Part shown: positions 17,827-27,042 of the stretch, in pieces
How positions within the stretch are numbered: position 1 is the first letter of the stretch
How the letters are laid out: every line of letters begins with the position of its first letter
Assembly: GCA_040752415.1 (NCBI GenBank)
Contig: JBFMGU010000131.1
Coordinates: 1-29,548 of the forward strand
DNA length: 29,548 nt
Origin: Myxococcota bacterium
GTDB taxonomy: Bacteria > Myxococcota > JACRCW01
Direction of reading: 5' to 3'
The notes under the pieces: generated by a model
Told to the model about the DNA's origin: nothing
The model's database searches: none
Seen by the model: the letters and a program-made list of their open reading frames with translations, nothing else
Translations under genes and position numbers: made by a program

Positions 17827-19587
17827 TCAGCGGCGACGTCGCGAGCAGATCAGCACCAGCCCCAGCAACGCAAACCCACCCGCCAAACCACGCTGCGGCG
17901 CATGGGACGCCGAGCAACCCGTGGCCGCGGACTCGTCCCCCTCGTCGGACGTCGTGACCGGTGCGGGCTCCTGCTCAGGCGGCCGCTCCTCGTCCACAAT
18001 GCCACCCGACGACGACGAAGACGACGGGCGGGTGTTCTCCTCCGGCGTGCCGCTGCTGGAAGACCTCCCTCCGGAAGAGCTCGTCGACGTCGAGGTGCCA
18101 CCGGTGCTGCTGCTGCTGCTCGACGAGCTGGACGTGCTGGTCCCCGCCGCGGGCTCACGCACGGAGAACGTGGCGGCGTTGGACCAGGGCCCGTCCTCGT
18201 CGGGATCCACCGCACGCACGCGCCAGGCATACGCTCCGGCAGCCAATGGCACCGGCACTCCGACGACAATCACCGCATCCGCCCCCTGCGCCGACGTCAG
18301 CGACATCACCGGCGTGCCCGTCGTGGTGGTGCCCGCGTAGAGCTCGACCTCGTAGCTGATGTCCGGGTGCTGGGAGTGCGCCACGCGCGTGAACTGCAGC
18401 GTCACCCCCTCGCCCTCCACGACGGTATCCAGCGCGGGTGAAATGATGCTGGGCACCGGAATGGGCTCCACCACCGTCGAGACCTGCGTGATGCGCATGG
18501 AGCCCCAGATGGTCTGGTTGGCCGTCACCGTCCTCGTCACCGTGGCCGTGGTGTAGCCGTCCTTCGTCGCGGTGGCGGTGATCTCGCCCGGAGGCAGCTC
18601 GAAGAGGAACGCGCCGGTGCTGCTGGAGACCGCGGTCTGTCCGTTGGACAGCGTGATGGTGGCGCCGGCCACGGGGTCTTCGCCAACGTTGGCGCCGCTG
18701 TAGATGACGCCGCGGTAGATGCCCGTCACCGTCGTGGCGGCGGGGGTCAGGCCAATGGATGCCCAGTTGTCGCCGTCCTGCGACGCGCTGGCGGAACGTG
18801 AATTGTCCTGGAAGCCGTCCTTGTGCGCTTCCACGGTGTAGTCGCCCGCGTCGACGTTGAACGCCCAGAAGCCGGTGTCGTTGCTGGTGGCGGTGTCGAC
18901 TTCCTGCCCGTTGCGCAGCAGTCGCACCGTGGCGCCCTGGATGCGCGCACTGGTGCCCTCCGCCGCGTTGTAGACCACACCCACCAGGCGTCGAGCGCCA
19001 CCGCCTCCGCCGCCACCACCGTCGTCGCACGGACCACCGCCGGGGCCGCCGCCCCACCACTCCCAGTGCCAGTTCTCGCTCGGGACGGTGCGCTCAAAGC
19101 CGTATGCCGCGCCGTGGTTGTTGAGCCAGTTGAGGACGCCCCCGGTGCTGGTGTTGAGGTCGAGCGCGTGGCCGCTCTGGTGGTTGGAGTAGCCCGGTCG
19201 CGCCGCCAGGTTGCAGTTGTTGCAGTTGCAGTTCACGTAGCAGCCGTACAGGTATTCCTGCTGGTCCATCGTCCGGAAACCGCTGACGATGCGGATGGAC
19301 ACACCGTCCTGCGCCGCCGCCTGCTGCATCACGTAGTACGCATTCGCGGTGCGCTTCTCGACCGGTTTTCCGTCGACGGTGACCACCGTGATGGCGAAGG
19401 ACTGGCCGTTGCGGTAGCCGGTGTCGCTGCGCTCGGAGCAGTCAATGATGCCCTGCTGGAGGATGTTGCTCCCGTCGTCAACGGGCTCCGCCTCCACGTG
19501 CACCTCGTGCTCGTGCGTGTCCATGTCCCCGCAACCGTGCAGCATCCCCACCGCCACCAGCACCAGCTTCCACGCGCGCGCGCTCAT
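17827..19587 (-). CDS. M15B (VanY-like) zinc peptidase with two carboxypeptidase-regulatory-like domains, an FN3-like domain, a Ser/Thr linker and a MYXO-CTERM-like tail
   Basis: SGFRT, SNHQSGHALD (SxHxxGxAxD) and ENWHW (ExxH). GATVRL..GDYTVEAHKDGF and GATITL..ITATATKDGY repeats. YAWRVRA. C-terminus GCSAS...FALLGLVLICSRRRR. Signal peptide from MSARAWK. Confidence 0.88.
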   Translation of the reverse strand: MSARAWKLVLVAVGMLHGCGDMDTHEHEVHVEAEPVDDGSNILQQGIIDCSERSDTGYRNGQSFAITVVTVDGKPVEKRTANAYYVMQQAAAQDGVSIRIVSGFRTMDQQEYLYGCYVNCNCNNCNLAARPGYSNHQSGHALDLNTSTGGVLNWLNNHGAAYGFERTVPSENWHWEWWGGGPGGGPCDDGGGGGGGGARRLVGVVYNAAEGTSARIQGATVRLLRNGQEVDTATSNDTGFWAFNVDAGDYTVEAHKDGFQDNSRSASASQDGDNWASIGLTPAATTVTGIYRGVIYSGANVGEDPVAGATITLSNGQTAVSSSTGAFLFELPPGEITATATKDGYTTATVTRTVTANQTIWGSMRITQVSTVVEPIPVPSIISPALDTVVEGEGVTLQFTRVAHSQHPDISYEVELYAGTTTTGTPVMSLTSAQGADAVIVVGVPVPLAAGAYAWRVRAVDPDEDGPWSNAATFSVREPAAGTSTSSSSSSSSSTGGTSTSTSSSGGRSSSSGTPEENTRPSSSSSSGGIVDEERPPEQEPAPVTTSDEGDESAATGCSASHAPQRGLAGGFALLGLVLICSRRRR

Positions 19588-19883
19588 CACGTTGCACCCC
19601 GGCTTGAACCAGCGCGGGCACGTTGGCGCGACGTGTGCCGATGTGTGTTCCGCTCGATGTCGGAGGACCCATCCGCCCCCCTGCCTACGACGCACGGACG
19701 TCGGTCAACCGGCGGGCCGCGCGCAACAAAACCGCGTCACATTCCGAGGCGGCGGACCAGCACGTGCGTCGTGGAGCTGGTATTGACGACGAGGTTTCCG
19801 GGAGCGCTCCAGGTGCCCTGCCCTCCCGTCGGGGGATGCACTAGGGTGCGGGCCTCCTGATTCTCCCGGAAGCGGAGGCGCAC

Positions 19884-20339
19884 GTGCTGGACCCCCTTGT
19901 GTGGATTCTCATCGCCGCAACCATGGTGCTGGGCCCGGAGCCGGTGGACCGCGTGCAGCGCAGCCCGTTCAACGCGCACAACGTGGCCGCGGTGGGCGTG
20001 GGCGTGGGCATCCTGGGAGTGGTGACGGCGGGGATGGTGGCCTACGGCGTGTACGCCACGCTGGGTCGCACGAAGGCGGTGGAGAAGGCGTTTGGTCCGT
20101 CGCTGAAGTCGCCGCCCACGTTCCCGGAGCCGCCCGCCGCGCCCGCGCCCAAGGAGGAGCCGGTGGTGACGCCGCCCCCCGCGCCCGAGGTGGAGCCGGC
20201 GCCTGCACCGACGCCATCCGCGCAAGAGAGTGCCCCGCCGGTTCCTGCGGATCCCACGCAGCCCGGCCCCGAAACCGCACCTCCCGCCGAGGAGCCCCCG
20301 CTCAGCGGCAGTGGTCTGGAGCCCGAGCCCACAAGGTGA
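19884..20339 (+). CDS. Hypothetical membrane protein with a Pro/Glu-rich tail
   Basis: SD GGAGG at 19874-19878 and GTG start. Two hydrophobic segments. Ends 6 nt before ruvB. Confidence 0.65.
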   Translation: MLDPLVWILIAATMVLGPEPVDRVQRSPFNAHNVAAVGVGVGILGVVTAGMVAYGVYATLGRTKAVEKAFGPSLKSPPTFPEPPAAPAPKEEPVVTPPPAPEVEPAPAPTPSAQESAPPVPADPTQPGPETAPPAEEPPLSGSGLEPEPTR

Positions 20340-20345
20340 TGTCCC

Positions 20346-21398
20346 GTGGTTGAACGCCCTCCCCGCCTGGTCAACGCCGGCACCGAGCCCGACGAGCCCG
20401 TCAACGACACCTTCCTGCGCCCGCGCTCCTTCGACGAGTACGTGGGTCAGGCCAAGGTGGTGGACAACCTGCGCGTGTTCTGTGAGGCGGCGCGTCGTCG
20501 GAGTGAGGCGCTGGAGCACATCCTGCTGTGGGGCCCACCCGGCCTGGGCAAGACCAGCCTGGCGACGATCATCTCCCGCGAGATGGGCGTGGACTTCCAC
20601 ATCACCAGCGGCCCAGCCATCGAGAAGAAGGGGGACCTGGCGGGCATCCTGACGTCGCTGAAGGAGCGCGACGTGCTCTTCATCGACGAGATCCACCGGC
20701 TGTCACCGGTCATCGAAGAGAACCTGTACCCGGCGATGGAGGATTTCCGGTTTGACGTCGTGATTGGGGAGGGACCGCACGCGCGGAGCATCCCGCTGGC
20801 TCTGCCGCGCTTCACGCTGATTGGCGCCACCACGCGCACGGGTCTGCTCACCGGCCCGCTGCGCGACCGCTTCGGGTACGTGGCGCGGTTGGGCTTCTAC
20901 ACCGTCGAGGAGCTGAAGAAGATCGTGCTGCGGAGCGCGGGGATCCTTGGGATGAAGCTGGAGCCCAAGGGCGCGGAGGAGATTGCGCGCCGGAGCCGTG
21001 GCACGCCGCGCGTGGCCAACCGCCTGCTGCGTCGCATCCGGGACTTCGCCGAGGTGGACAACCGTGACGTCGTGGACATGACGGTGGCGCGGGCCGCGCT
21101 GGGTCGGCTGGAAGTGGATGAGAAGGGCTTTGATGACATGGACCGCGTGCTGATGGCGACGATCGTCGACAAGTTTGGCGGCGGTCCGGTGGGACTGGAG
21201 ACGCTGGCTGCCGCGGTGGGCGAGGAAGCGCAGACCATCGAGGACGTGTACGAGCCGTACCTCATCCAGGAGGGTTTCCTGACGCGCACGCCGCGCGGCC
21301 GTATGGCGACGAGGTTGACCTACGCGCACCTGGGGAAGACGCCGCCGGTGGGCAGTGGGCTGGAGCAGCCGGAACTTTTCCGCCCCGTCGACGAGTGA
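20346..21398 (+). CDS. ruvB: Holliday junction branch-migration helicase RuvB
   Basis: Motifs [54 protein letters not shown] and EPYLIQ..RTPRGR. Confidence 0.98.
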   Translation: MVERPPRLVNAGTEPDEPVNDTFLRPRSFDEYVGQAKVVDNLRVFCEAARRRSEALEHILLWGPPGLGKTSLATIISREMGVDFHITSGPAIEKKGDLAGILTSLKERDVLFIDEIHRLSPVIEENLYPAMEDFRFDVVIGEGPHARSIPLALPRFTLIGATTRTGLLTGPLRDRFGYVARLGFYTVEELKKIVLRSAGILGMKLEPKGAEEIARRSRGTPRVANRLLRRIRDFAEVDNRDVVDMTVARAALGRLEVDEKGFDDMDRVLMATIVDKFGGGPVGLETLAAAVGEEAQTIEDVYEPYLIQEGFLTRTPRGRMATRLTYAHLGKTPPVGSGLEQPELFRPVDE

Positions 21399-21400
21399 GC

Positions 21401-22678
21401 CTAGGCAGCCAACCGCAGCTCACGCAGTCGCTCCACCCGCGCACCCAGTCCACACAGCTTCCGCTCCAGCGCATGGTACCCGCGGTCCAGGTGGTAGATG
21501 CGCTGCACCAGCGTCTCTCCGTCGGCGCGGAGGGCCGCCAGCACCAGTGAAGCGCTCGCGCGCAGGTCCGTGGCCATCACCGGTGCGCCAGTCAGCCGTT
21601 TCACCCCGCGCACCACCGCGGTGGCTCCGTCGACGGAGATGTCCGCGCCCAGACGCACCAGCTCCTGCACGTGCATGTAGCGGTTCTCGAAGATCGTCTC
21701 CGTGACCCGTGATGTTCCCGTCGCCACCGTCAACGCCGCCATCATCTGCGCCTGCATGTCCGTCGGGAATCCGGGATGGGGCGCGGTGGTGATGTCCGCG
21801 GAACGCAGCTCACCGGTGCTGTGGACATGCAGGGTCCCGTCGTGGGCGGCCTCCACGCGCACGCCCGTCTCACGCACCTTCTGGATCACGGGCTGCAGGT
21901 GACCCGGCACCGCGCCACGAATCCGCACGTCGCCACCGGCCACCGCTACCGCCGCCAGGAACGTTCCCGCCTCCACGCGATCCGCGATGATGCTGTGATC
22001 CGGCCCATGCAGCTCGTCGACACCCTCGATCTCGATGCGCGGCGTCCCCGCGCCACTGACCCGCGCACCCATGCCATTGAGCGCCGCGGCCAGGTCCTCC
22101 ACCTCGGGCTCGCACGCCGCGTTCTCCAGCACCGTGGTCCCACGCGCCAACGTGGCCGCCATCATGACGTTCTCCGTCCCCGTCACCGTGGGCAGGTCGA
22201 AGACGAAGCGCGTCCCCACCAGCCTGCGCGCGCGCGCCACGACGTAACCGTGCTCCACGTGCACCTCCGCGCCCAGCGCACGCAGACCCTTGAGGTGCTG
22301 GTCGATGGGTCGCGCGCCAATGGCGCACCCGCCGGGAAGGCTCACCCGCGCCCGCCCCATGCGAGCCACCAGCGGCCCCAGCACCAGCACGGAAGCGCGC
22401 ATGGTCTTCACCAGCTCATACGGCGCCTCGGGCACGCGGATCGTGCGCGCGTCGACGAGGACCTCCTCTTCCTCCCCGCGCCACTCACTGCTCACACCCA
22501 TGTGCTCGAAGAGGCGCAGCAGCGTTTCCACGTCGGAGAGTCGTGGCACCCGTTGCACCACGCCGCGCTCTCCGCTCAGCAGGCACGCGCACAACACCGG
22601 CAACGCCGCGTTCTTGGCACCTGAGACAACAACATCGCCCTGGAGGGGCCTGCCCCCCTTGATCAACAGCGCATCCAT
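21401..22678 (-). CDS. murA: UDP-N-acetylglucosamine 1-carboxyvinyltransferase
   Basis: Motifs [28 protein letters not shown] (active-site Cys present), [18 protein letters not shown] and HLDRGY. Start MDALLIKGG with a GGGAG SD. Confidence 0.98.
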   Translation of the reverse strand: MDALLIKGGRPLQGDVVVSGAKNAALPVLCACLLSGERGVVQRVPRLSDVETLLRLFEHMGVSSEWRGEEEEVLVDARTIRVPEAPYELVKTMRASVLVLGPLVARMGRARVSLPGGCAIGARPIDQHLKGLRALGAEVHVEHGYVVARARRLVGTRFVFDLPTVTGTENVMMAATLARGTTVLENAACEPEVEDLAAALNGMGARVSGAGTPRIEIEGVDELHGPDHSIIADRVEAGTFLAAVAVAGGDVRIRGAVPGHLQPVIQKVRETGVRVEAAHDGTLHVHSTGELRSADITTAPHPGFPTDMQAQMMAALTVATGTSRVTETIFENRYMHVQELVRLGADISVDGATAVVRGVKRLTGAPVMATDLRASASLVLAALRADGETLVQRIYHLDRGYHALERKLCGLGARVERLRELRLAA

Positions 22679-22848
22679 TTTCCGTGCTCCCGGCGAGCCA
22701 CCCGGACCACTCCGACGACAACCCGCTCGCCATCCACTGGCGCAACCTGCGGATCGAACGGATTCATCCGGGAGTGGATCCGCGCGGCGCAGCGTCGGAG
22801 CCACGGGATCACGGTATGGGATCAACAGGTGTGGGTGGTGGGTTGTGC

Positions 22849-23739
22849 TCAGGAGCGGGTCACGCGCACCACGCGGTCCCGCTTCTCGAGATCCTGCAGC
22901 AGCGTCACGTCGGCGGCCCCCGCCAGGTCCTTCCACAGCGTCACCGCGGCGGGCCCCTGCTTCCATCCCAGCTCGGCCCACAGTCCGCCGCCGGACAGCA
23001 CGCGCGGCCACAGCTTCCCCGCCAGCGCGCGGTGATGCCCCAGCCCGTCGACGTCGTCACCCACCAGCGCGGTGCGCGGCTCGTAGTCGCGGACTTCCGG
23101 CGGTGCTTCCTTCCATTCCGCTTCCGTGAGGTACGGCGGATTGCTCACCACGACGTCAAATCGCGCCGCCGCGGCCAGCGCGCCGTCCATGTCGCTGAGC
23201 AGGAGCTCGACGTTGGCCCCCAGCCTGGCGCTGTTCTCCCTCGCCACCTCGAGCGCGCCCGCGCTGATGTCCACCGCCGTCACCGTCGAGCCGGGAAGCT
23301 CCAGCGCCAACGTGATGGCAATGCAGCCGGTGCCGGTGCCCACGTCCAGGATGCGCAGCCCTTCCCTGCCGCGGTGACGACGCACGACGTCCTCCACCAG
23401 CGTCTCCGTGTCGGGGCGGGGCGTGAGGGTGTCGCGGGTGACCTTGAAGGGACGGCCGTAGAACTCGCGCTCGCCAATGATGAGGCTGACCGGCTCCCGC
23501 GCCGCCCGTCGACGCACCATGTTCTTGAACGCCGTCAGCTCCTCCGGCTTCAGCGGCTTCTCCCAGTCCATGTACAGCTGCACGCGCGTGAGCCCCAGCG
23601 CCTGCCCCAGCAGGATCTCCGCGTCCAACCGCGGACTATCCAGCTTGCGCTTCTGGAACTCCTCGCGCGTCCAGGCCATCACGCGGCCCACGGTCCAGGG
23701 CGCGTCCTTGGCGGTTGGTTTCTCGGGGGGCGTGGTCAC
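22849..23739 (-). CDS. prmC: Release-factor glutamine N5-methyltransferase
   Basis: Motifs [43 protein letters not shown] and EPRTAL. GTG start at 23739 chosen from the AAGGA SD; the start is uncertain. Confidence 0.95.
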   Translation of the reverse strand: MTTPPEKPTAKDAPWTVGRVMAWTREEFQKRKLDSPRLDAEILLGQALGLTRVQLYMDWEKPLKPEELTAFKNMVRRRAAREPVSLIIGEREFYGRPFKVTRDTLTPRPDTETLVEDVVRRHRGREGLRILDVGTGTGCIAITLALELPGSTVTAVDISAGALEVARENSARLGANVELLLSDMDGALAAAARFDVVVSNPPYLTEAEWKEAPPEVRDYEPRTALVGDDVDGLGHHRALAGKLWPRVLSGGGLWAELGWKQGPAAVTLWKDLAGAADVTLLQDLEKRDRVVRVTRS

Positions 23740-23801
23740 GGTGCTGTCCTTCACGGGGGCGGTGACATAACGCGCCGGCCCTGTGGTACGCACGCGCCAA
23801 C

Positions 23802-24434
23802 ATGAACACGCGCGCTCTCGTCCTCACCTTGGCCCTGACCCTTCCCGTGGCGTGCAAGCCGCCCGTGGACCCCAATGCTCTGGCCGCGCCGTGGTCGGAC
23901 AACTTTGACCGCGCGGAGCTGGGCGCGGACTGGAAGGACACGGGCGGCAACTGGAACATCAAGGACGGCGCGCTGCACGGCGGCAACGGCTACAACCACC
24001 CGCTGTGGCTCAAGAAGGTGCTGCCCCGCAACGTGCGCATGGACCTGGACATCTGGACCACCAGCCCCGACGGGGACCTCAAGGTGGAGGTCTTTGGCGA
24101 CGGGAGCACGTTTGACCCGGACCGCGGCAGCTACACGGCCAGCTCCTACGTGCTCATCTTTGGCGGGTGGCGCAACAGCCAGTCCAAGATCGCGCGCAAG
24201 GACGAGCACCGGAACCAGGATCCGTCCCGTCGCGACGTCAAGGTGGTGCCCAACCAGAAGTACCACTGGACGATCGAGCGGAAGGACAACACGCTGTCCT
24301 GGTCCATTGACGGCCAGCCGTTCCTCTCCCTCACCGACGACGACCCGCTCTTCGGCCCCGGCCACGACCATTTTGCGGTGGGCAACTGGGAAACCGAGGT
24401 GTTCGTGGACAACCTGACCATCACGCCGCTGTGA
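23802..24434 (+). CDS. Hypothetical lipoprotein, probable ConA-like (DUF1080-like) beta-sandwich
   Basis: Signal peptide ending LPVAC. WSDNFD, GNWNIKDGAL and a terminal FVDNLTITPL beta pattern. Confidence 0.7.
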   Translation: MNTRALVLTLALTLPVACKPPVDPNALAAPWSDNFDRAELGADWKDTGGNWNIKDGALHGGNGYNHPLWLKKVLPRNVRMDLDIWTTSPDGDLKVEVFGDGSTFDPDRGSYTASSYVLIFGGWRNSQSKIARKDEHRNQDPSRRDVKVVPNQKYHWTIERKDNTLSWSIDGQPFLSLTDDDPLFGPGHDHFAVGNWETEVFVDNLTITPL

Positions 24435-24465
24435 AGCGTCCCGTCCGGCGCTACAATCCCCCGCC

Positions 24466-25248
24466 ATGAAGCCCTACCTCCGCACGCTGCCGCGCTTTGC
24501 GCACACGGCGCACCGTGGGGGCGCGTTGGTGGCGCCGGAGAACACGCTGGCGGCGTTCCAGCAGGCCGTACGGAAGTGGCGCACGGACATCCTGGAGCTG
24601 GACGTCAGACCCTCGCGCGAGGGCCACGTGATGGTGATCCACGACGACACCCTGGACCGCACCACCAACGGCCGCGGACCGGTCTCGGCGCTGACGCTGC
24701 GCGAGCTGCAGGCGCTGGACGCGGGTTGGCACATGCCAGGGTGGCGGGGCCAGGGCGTCACCATCCCCACGCTGGAAGAGGTGCTGAGGGCGTTTCCGGA
24801 CAAGCACATCAACATCGAGCTGAAGGTGGGGGACGCGGAGTTCCAGGACGCCTTCGCGGCGCTCATCCGTCGTCGTGACGCGGTGGAGCGGGTGTGCATT
24901 GGCCACGTGGACGTGGAGCGCGCCGCGGAGCTGCAAACGCGACTTCCCCAGTGTGCGTACTGGTATCCCGAGGAGGCGGTGATGCTCTTCGTGATGTCGT
25001 CGCGCGGGGGTGCGGAGCTGCCGCGGGAGGAGCGGTTTGATCTGCTCAGCATCCCGTGGGAGTTCGGTGGGACCGAGGTGGTGGACCGCAAGCTCGTCGA
25101 GGATGCGCACGCGTTGGGGAAGGCGCTGCACGTGTGGACGGTGGATGAGCGGCCCATGATGGAGAAGCTCATGGACCTGGGCGTGGACGGCATCCTCACC
25201 GACCGCCCCGACCTGCTCCGCGACGTCATGAGCGCGCGCAGCCTCTGA
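24466..25248 (+). CDS. Glycerophosphodiester phosphodiesterase (cytoplasmic type)
   Basis: Motifs AHRGG, PENTLAAF, ELDV, HDDTLDRTT, IPTLEE, NIELK, WTVD and GVDGILTDRP. TACAAT lies at 24452-24457 upstream. Confidence 0.95.
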   Translation: MKPYLRTLPRFAHTAHRGGALVAPENTLAAFQQAVRKWRTDILELDVRPSREGHVMVIHDDTLDRTTNGRGPVSALTLRELQALDAGWHMPGWRGQGVTIPTLEEVLRAFPDKHINIELKVGDAEFQDAFAALIRRRDAVERVCIGHVDVERAAELQTRLPQCAYWYPEEAVMLFVMSSRGGAELPREERFDLLSIPWEFGGTEVVDRKLVEDAHALGKALHVWTVDERPMMEKLMDLGVDGILTDRPDLLRDVMSARSL

Positions 25249-25251
25249 CCG

Positions 25252-25923
25252 TCATTCCTCCGCGGTGCTCTCCGTGGCGTGCCGCGCCACGCTGATCTGT
25301 CGCACCATCAAGGCGCCCACCAGCATGGCCACCGCCACCAGCACCACGCGCATGATCCGCTTGCTGGAACCGGGCTCGTCGGTGGAGCGCTCAATGCGGC
25401 TGGAGTGCGCCAGCGCAATGGCCTGCGCCAGCACGCGGTCCCGACCCCGCTTGGCCAGCGGATCCTCGGGGCGCTTGAGCAGGTGCTCCTTGTAGCGCGT
25501 CCCCGCGAACGGCAGCGCGTCGGCGGCCTGGCACATGGCGATGAAGTGGTCATGCGCGCGCTCATTGGCCCAGTCCGCGTGGACCTTCTCCCAGGCGGCC
25601 CAGAGCACGGCGTCGCGCGTGCCCGGTTGCGCCGTCACCGGTGGCGAAGACGCGGAAGGCGGAATGGCCGGGAGCGGTGGAATGGAGCCCCCCGGAGGCG
25701 TGTGCTCGACGAGCGGAGGCGGCGGCGTGGTCTCGGTGCTCGTCGGGGACGGCGCGGCGACGGAAGGCGGCGTGCTCTGCGCTGGAGGCGGCGCGCTCAC
25801 CTGGCCGGACACCATGCGGTTCTGCGCGCGGCAGGCGGTGCACGTGAAGGTCAGCACGTCGTCACGGGCGGAGAACTGCACCAGCTTCACCAGCTCCTTG
25901 CATGCCGGGCATTGCACCAACAT
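25252..25923 (-). CDS. Zinc-ribbon protein with a Pro-rich linker, helical domain and C-terminal TM helix
   Basis: CPAC...CTAC at the N-terminus. TM IMRVVLVAVAMLVGALMV. GAGG SD. Lies 13 nt downstream of the site-2 protease gene. Confidence 0.75.
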   Translation of the reverse strand: MLVQCPACKELVKLVQFSARDDVLTFTCTACRAQNRMVSGQVSAPPPAQSTPPSVAAPSPTSTETTPPPPLVEHTPPGGSIPPLPAIPPSASSPPVTAQPGTRDAVLWAAWEKVHADWANERAHDHFIAMCQAADALPFAGTRYKEHLLKRPEDPLAKRGRDRVLAQAIALAHSSRIERSTDEPGSSKRIMRVVLVAVAMLVGALMVRQISVARHATESTAEE

Positions 25924-25936
25924 GGCCAACCTCGAC

Positions 25937-26947
25937 TCATCCCCACCGGGACGACTTCAACATGGGGTCCGCAACAAAACACAGGAGGAACACCAGCACA
26001 CAAGCCACCAGCACTGCGCGCTGCCGGACACCCGGTGTGGCGGTGCCCTCGGGCGGCGGCGGGTGCGTGATGCCTGACATCAGCGCCAGCAGCAACAGTC
26101 CCGCGCCCACCGCCAACCAGGCCGGGCTGCGCAAGCCGAACCCCAACGCCGCGCACGCCCCCAACACCACGACGGAAAGGCCCACCGACACGCGCGGCCA
26201 CGCGGCGTAGGCCATGTGTCCGCCGTCGAGCTGACCGAACGGCAGCAGGTTGAACCACGTCAGGTACAGGCCGAACCAACCGGCCAACGCAATGGGGTGC
26301 GCCACCACCTCACGCTCCGGCGGCAGCGTCCCAAAGACGAGCCAACGGGCCAACGCATACGCGCCAGAATCAGGAAGCTGCAGGCCGCCCAGGCTGATGA
26401 AGGTGGCCATCTCCTGCGAAGTCTTGATCTCCGAGAAGCCCAGCCCCACGAGCACGAAGCCAAACGCCACCACGAACCCGACGAGCGGCCCCGCGGCGCC
26501 AATCTCCAGCATGGCCCGACGATCCTGCTGCGCGTTGTCCAGCCGGATGAGCGCGCCCATGGTGCCCAGGCCCACGGGCATGGGGACGAAGAAGGGCCAG
26601 CTGGTGCGGATGCGCCACAGTCGCGCCACCCAGTAGTGGCCCATCTCGTGCGCGAGCAGGGTGAAGAGGAGCGGTCCGCTGAAGGCCACGCCGTCGAAGA
26701 GGCGCAGGGGCTCGTATTGCAGGAGCTGGACGGCGTACCAGAGGTTCAGCGGCGCGGGACGGTGGGAGAGGCCCACGCCCGCGACGGTGGTGGTGGCCAC
26801 CGTGAGCATGAACAGCACCAGGTGCAGGATGCCCGGACGCGCGCGCGAAGGAGGAACCGGACGTGCGCCGCCGCCGGCCGGGCGCCAGGCACCGCTGCCC
26901 CAGCCTCGGGGTGACGTCGTCATCTGGGGTGTGGGCGACTGGGCCAA
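25937..26947 (-). CDS. Site-2 protease (peptidase M50)
   Basis: Motifs HEMGH, GTMGALI, IGAAGP and NLLPFGQLDGGH. TTG start with a GAGGA SD; ATG at 26923 is an alternative. Confidence 0.93.
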   Translation of the reverse strand: MAQSPTPQMTTSPRGWGSGAWRPAGGGARPVPPSRARPGILHLVLFMLTVATTTVAGVGLSHRPAPLNLWYAVQLLQYEPLRLFDGVAFSGPLLFTLLAHEMGHYWVARLWRIRTSWPFFVPMPVGLGTMGALIRLDNAQQDRRAMLEIGAAGPLVGFVVAFGFVLVGLGFSEIKTSQEMATFISLGGLQLPDSGAYALARWLVFGTLPPEREVVAHPIALAGWFGLYLTWFNLLPFGQLDGGHMAYAAWPRVSVGLSVVVLGACAALGFGLRSPAWLAVGAGLLLLALMSGITHPPPPEGTATPGVRQRAVLVACVLVFLLCFVADPMLKSSRWG

Positions 26948-27042
26948 CGGCGGGTCCTCGCGGGCGCGGCATCAAGCCACGCAAGACGTTCGGGTTTCAA
27001 CCGTGCCTCCACGGATGCGCGGTTGGAAGGCATGCACGCACC

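Noticed and set aside
20307..21366. 15/16 direct repeat GGCAGTGG[TG]CTGGAGC flanking ruvB (20307 and 21351), both encoding GSGLE
   Set aside because: Matches of this length are expected by chance in about 30 kb of GC-rich DNA, and there is no integrase or other sign of insertion.
13826..22678. Antibiotic resistance calls (MBL as beta-lactamase, M15 as vanY, fosfomycin-resistant MurA)
   Set aside because: The MBL is a cytoplasmic ferredoxin fusion with a degenerate motif, there is no van cluster, and MurA retains the fosfomycin-reactive Cys.
7395..23011. N-terminal extensions given by the ORF track for the carbamoyltransferase (7574), DUF885 (10155), M15 peptidase (19695) and murA (23011)
   Set aside because: The extensions overlap neighbouring genes or promoters and lack homology-like sequence. 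Downstream starts fit family N-termini or SD sites better.
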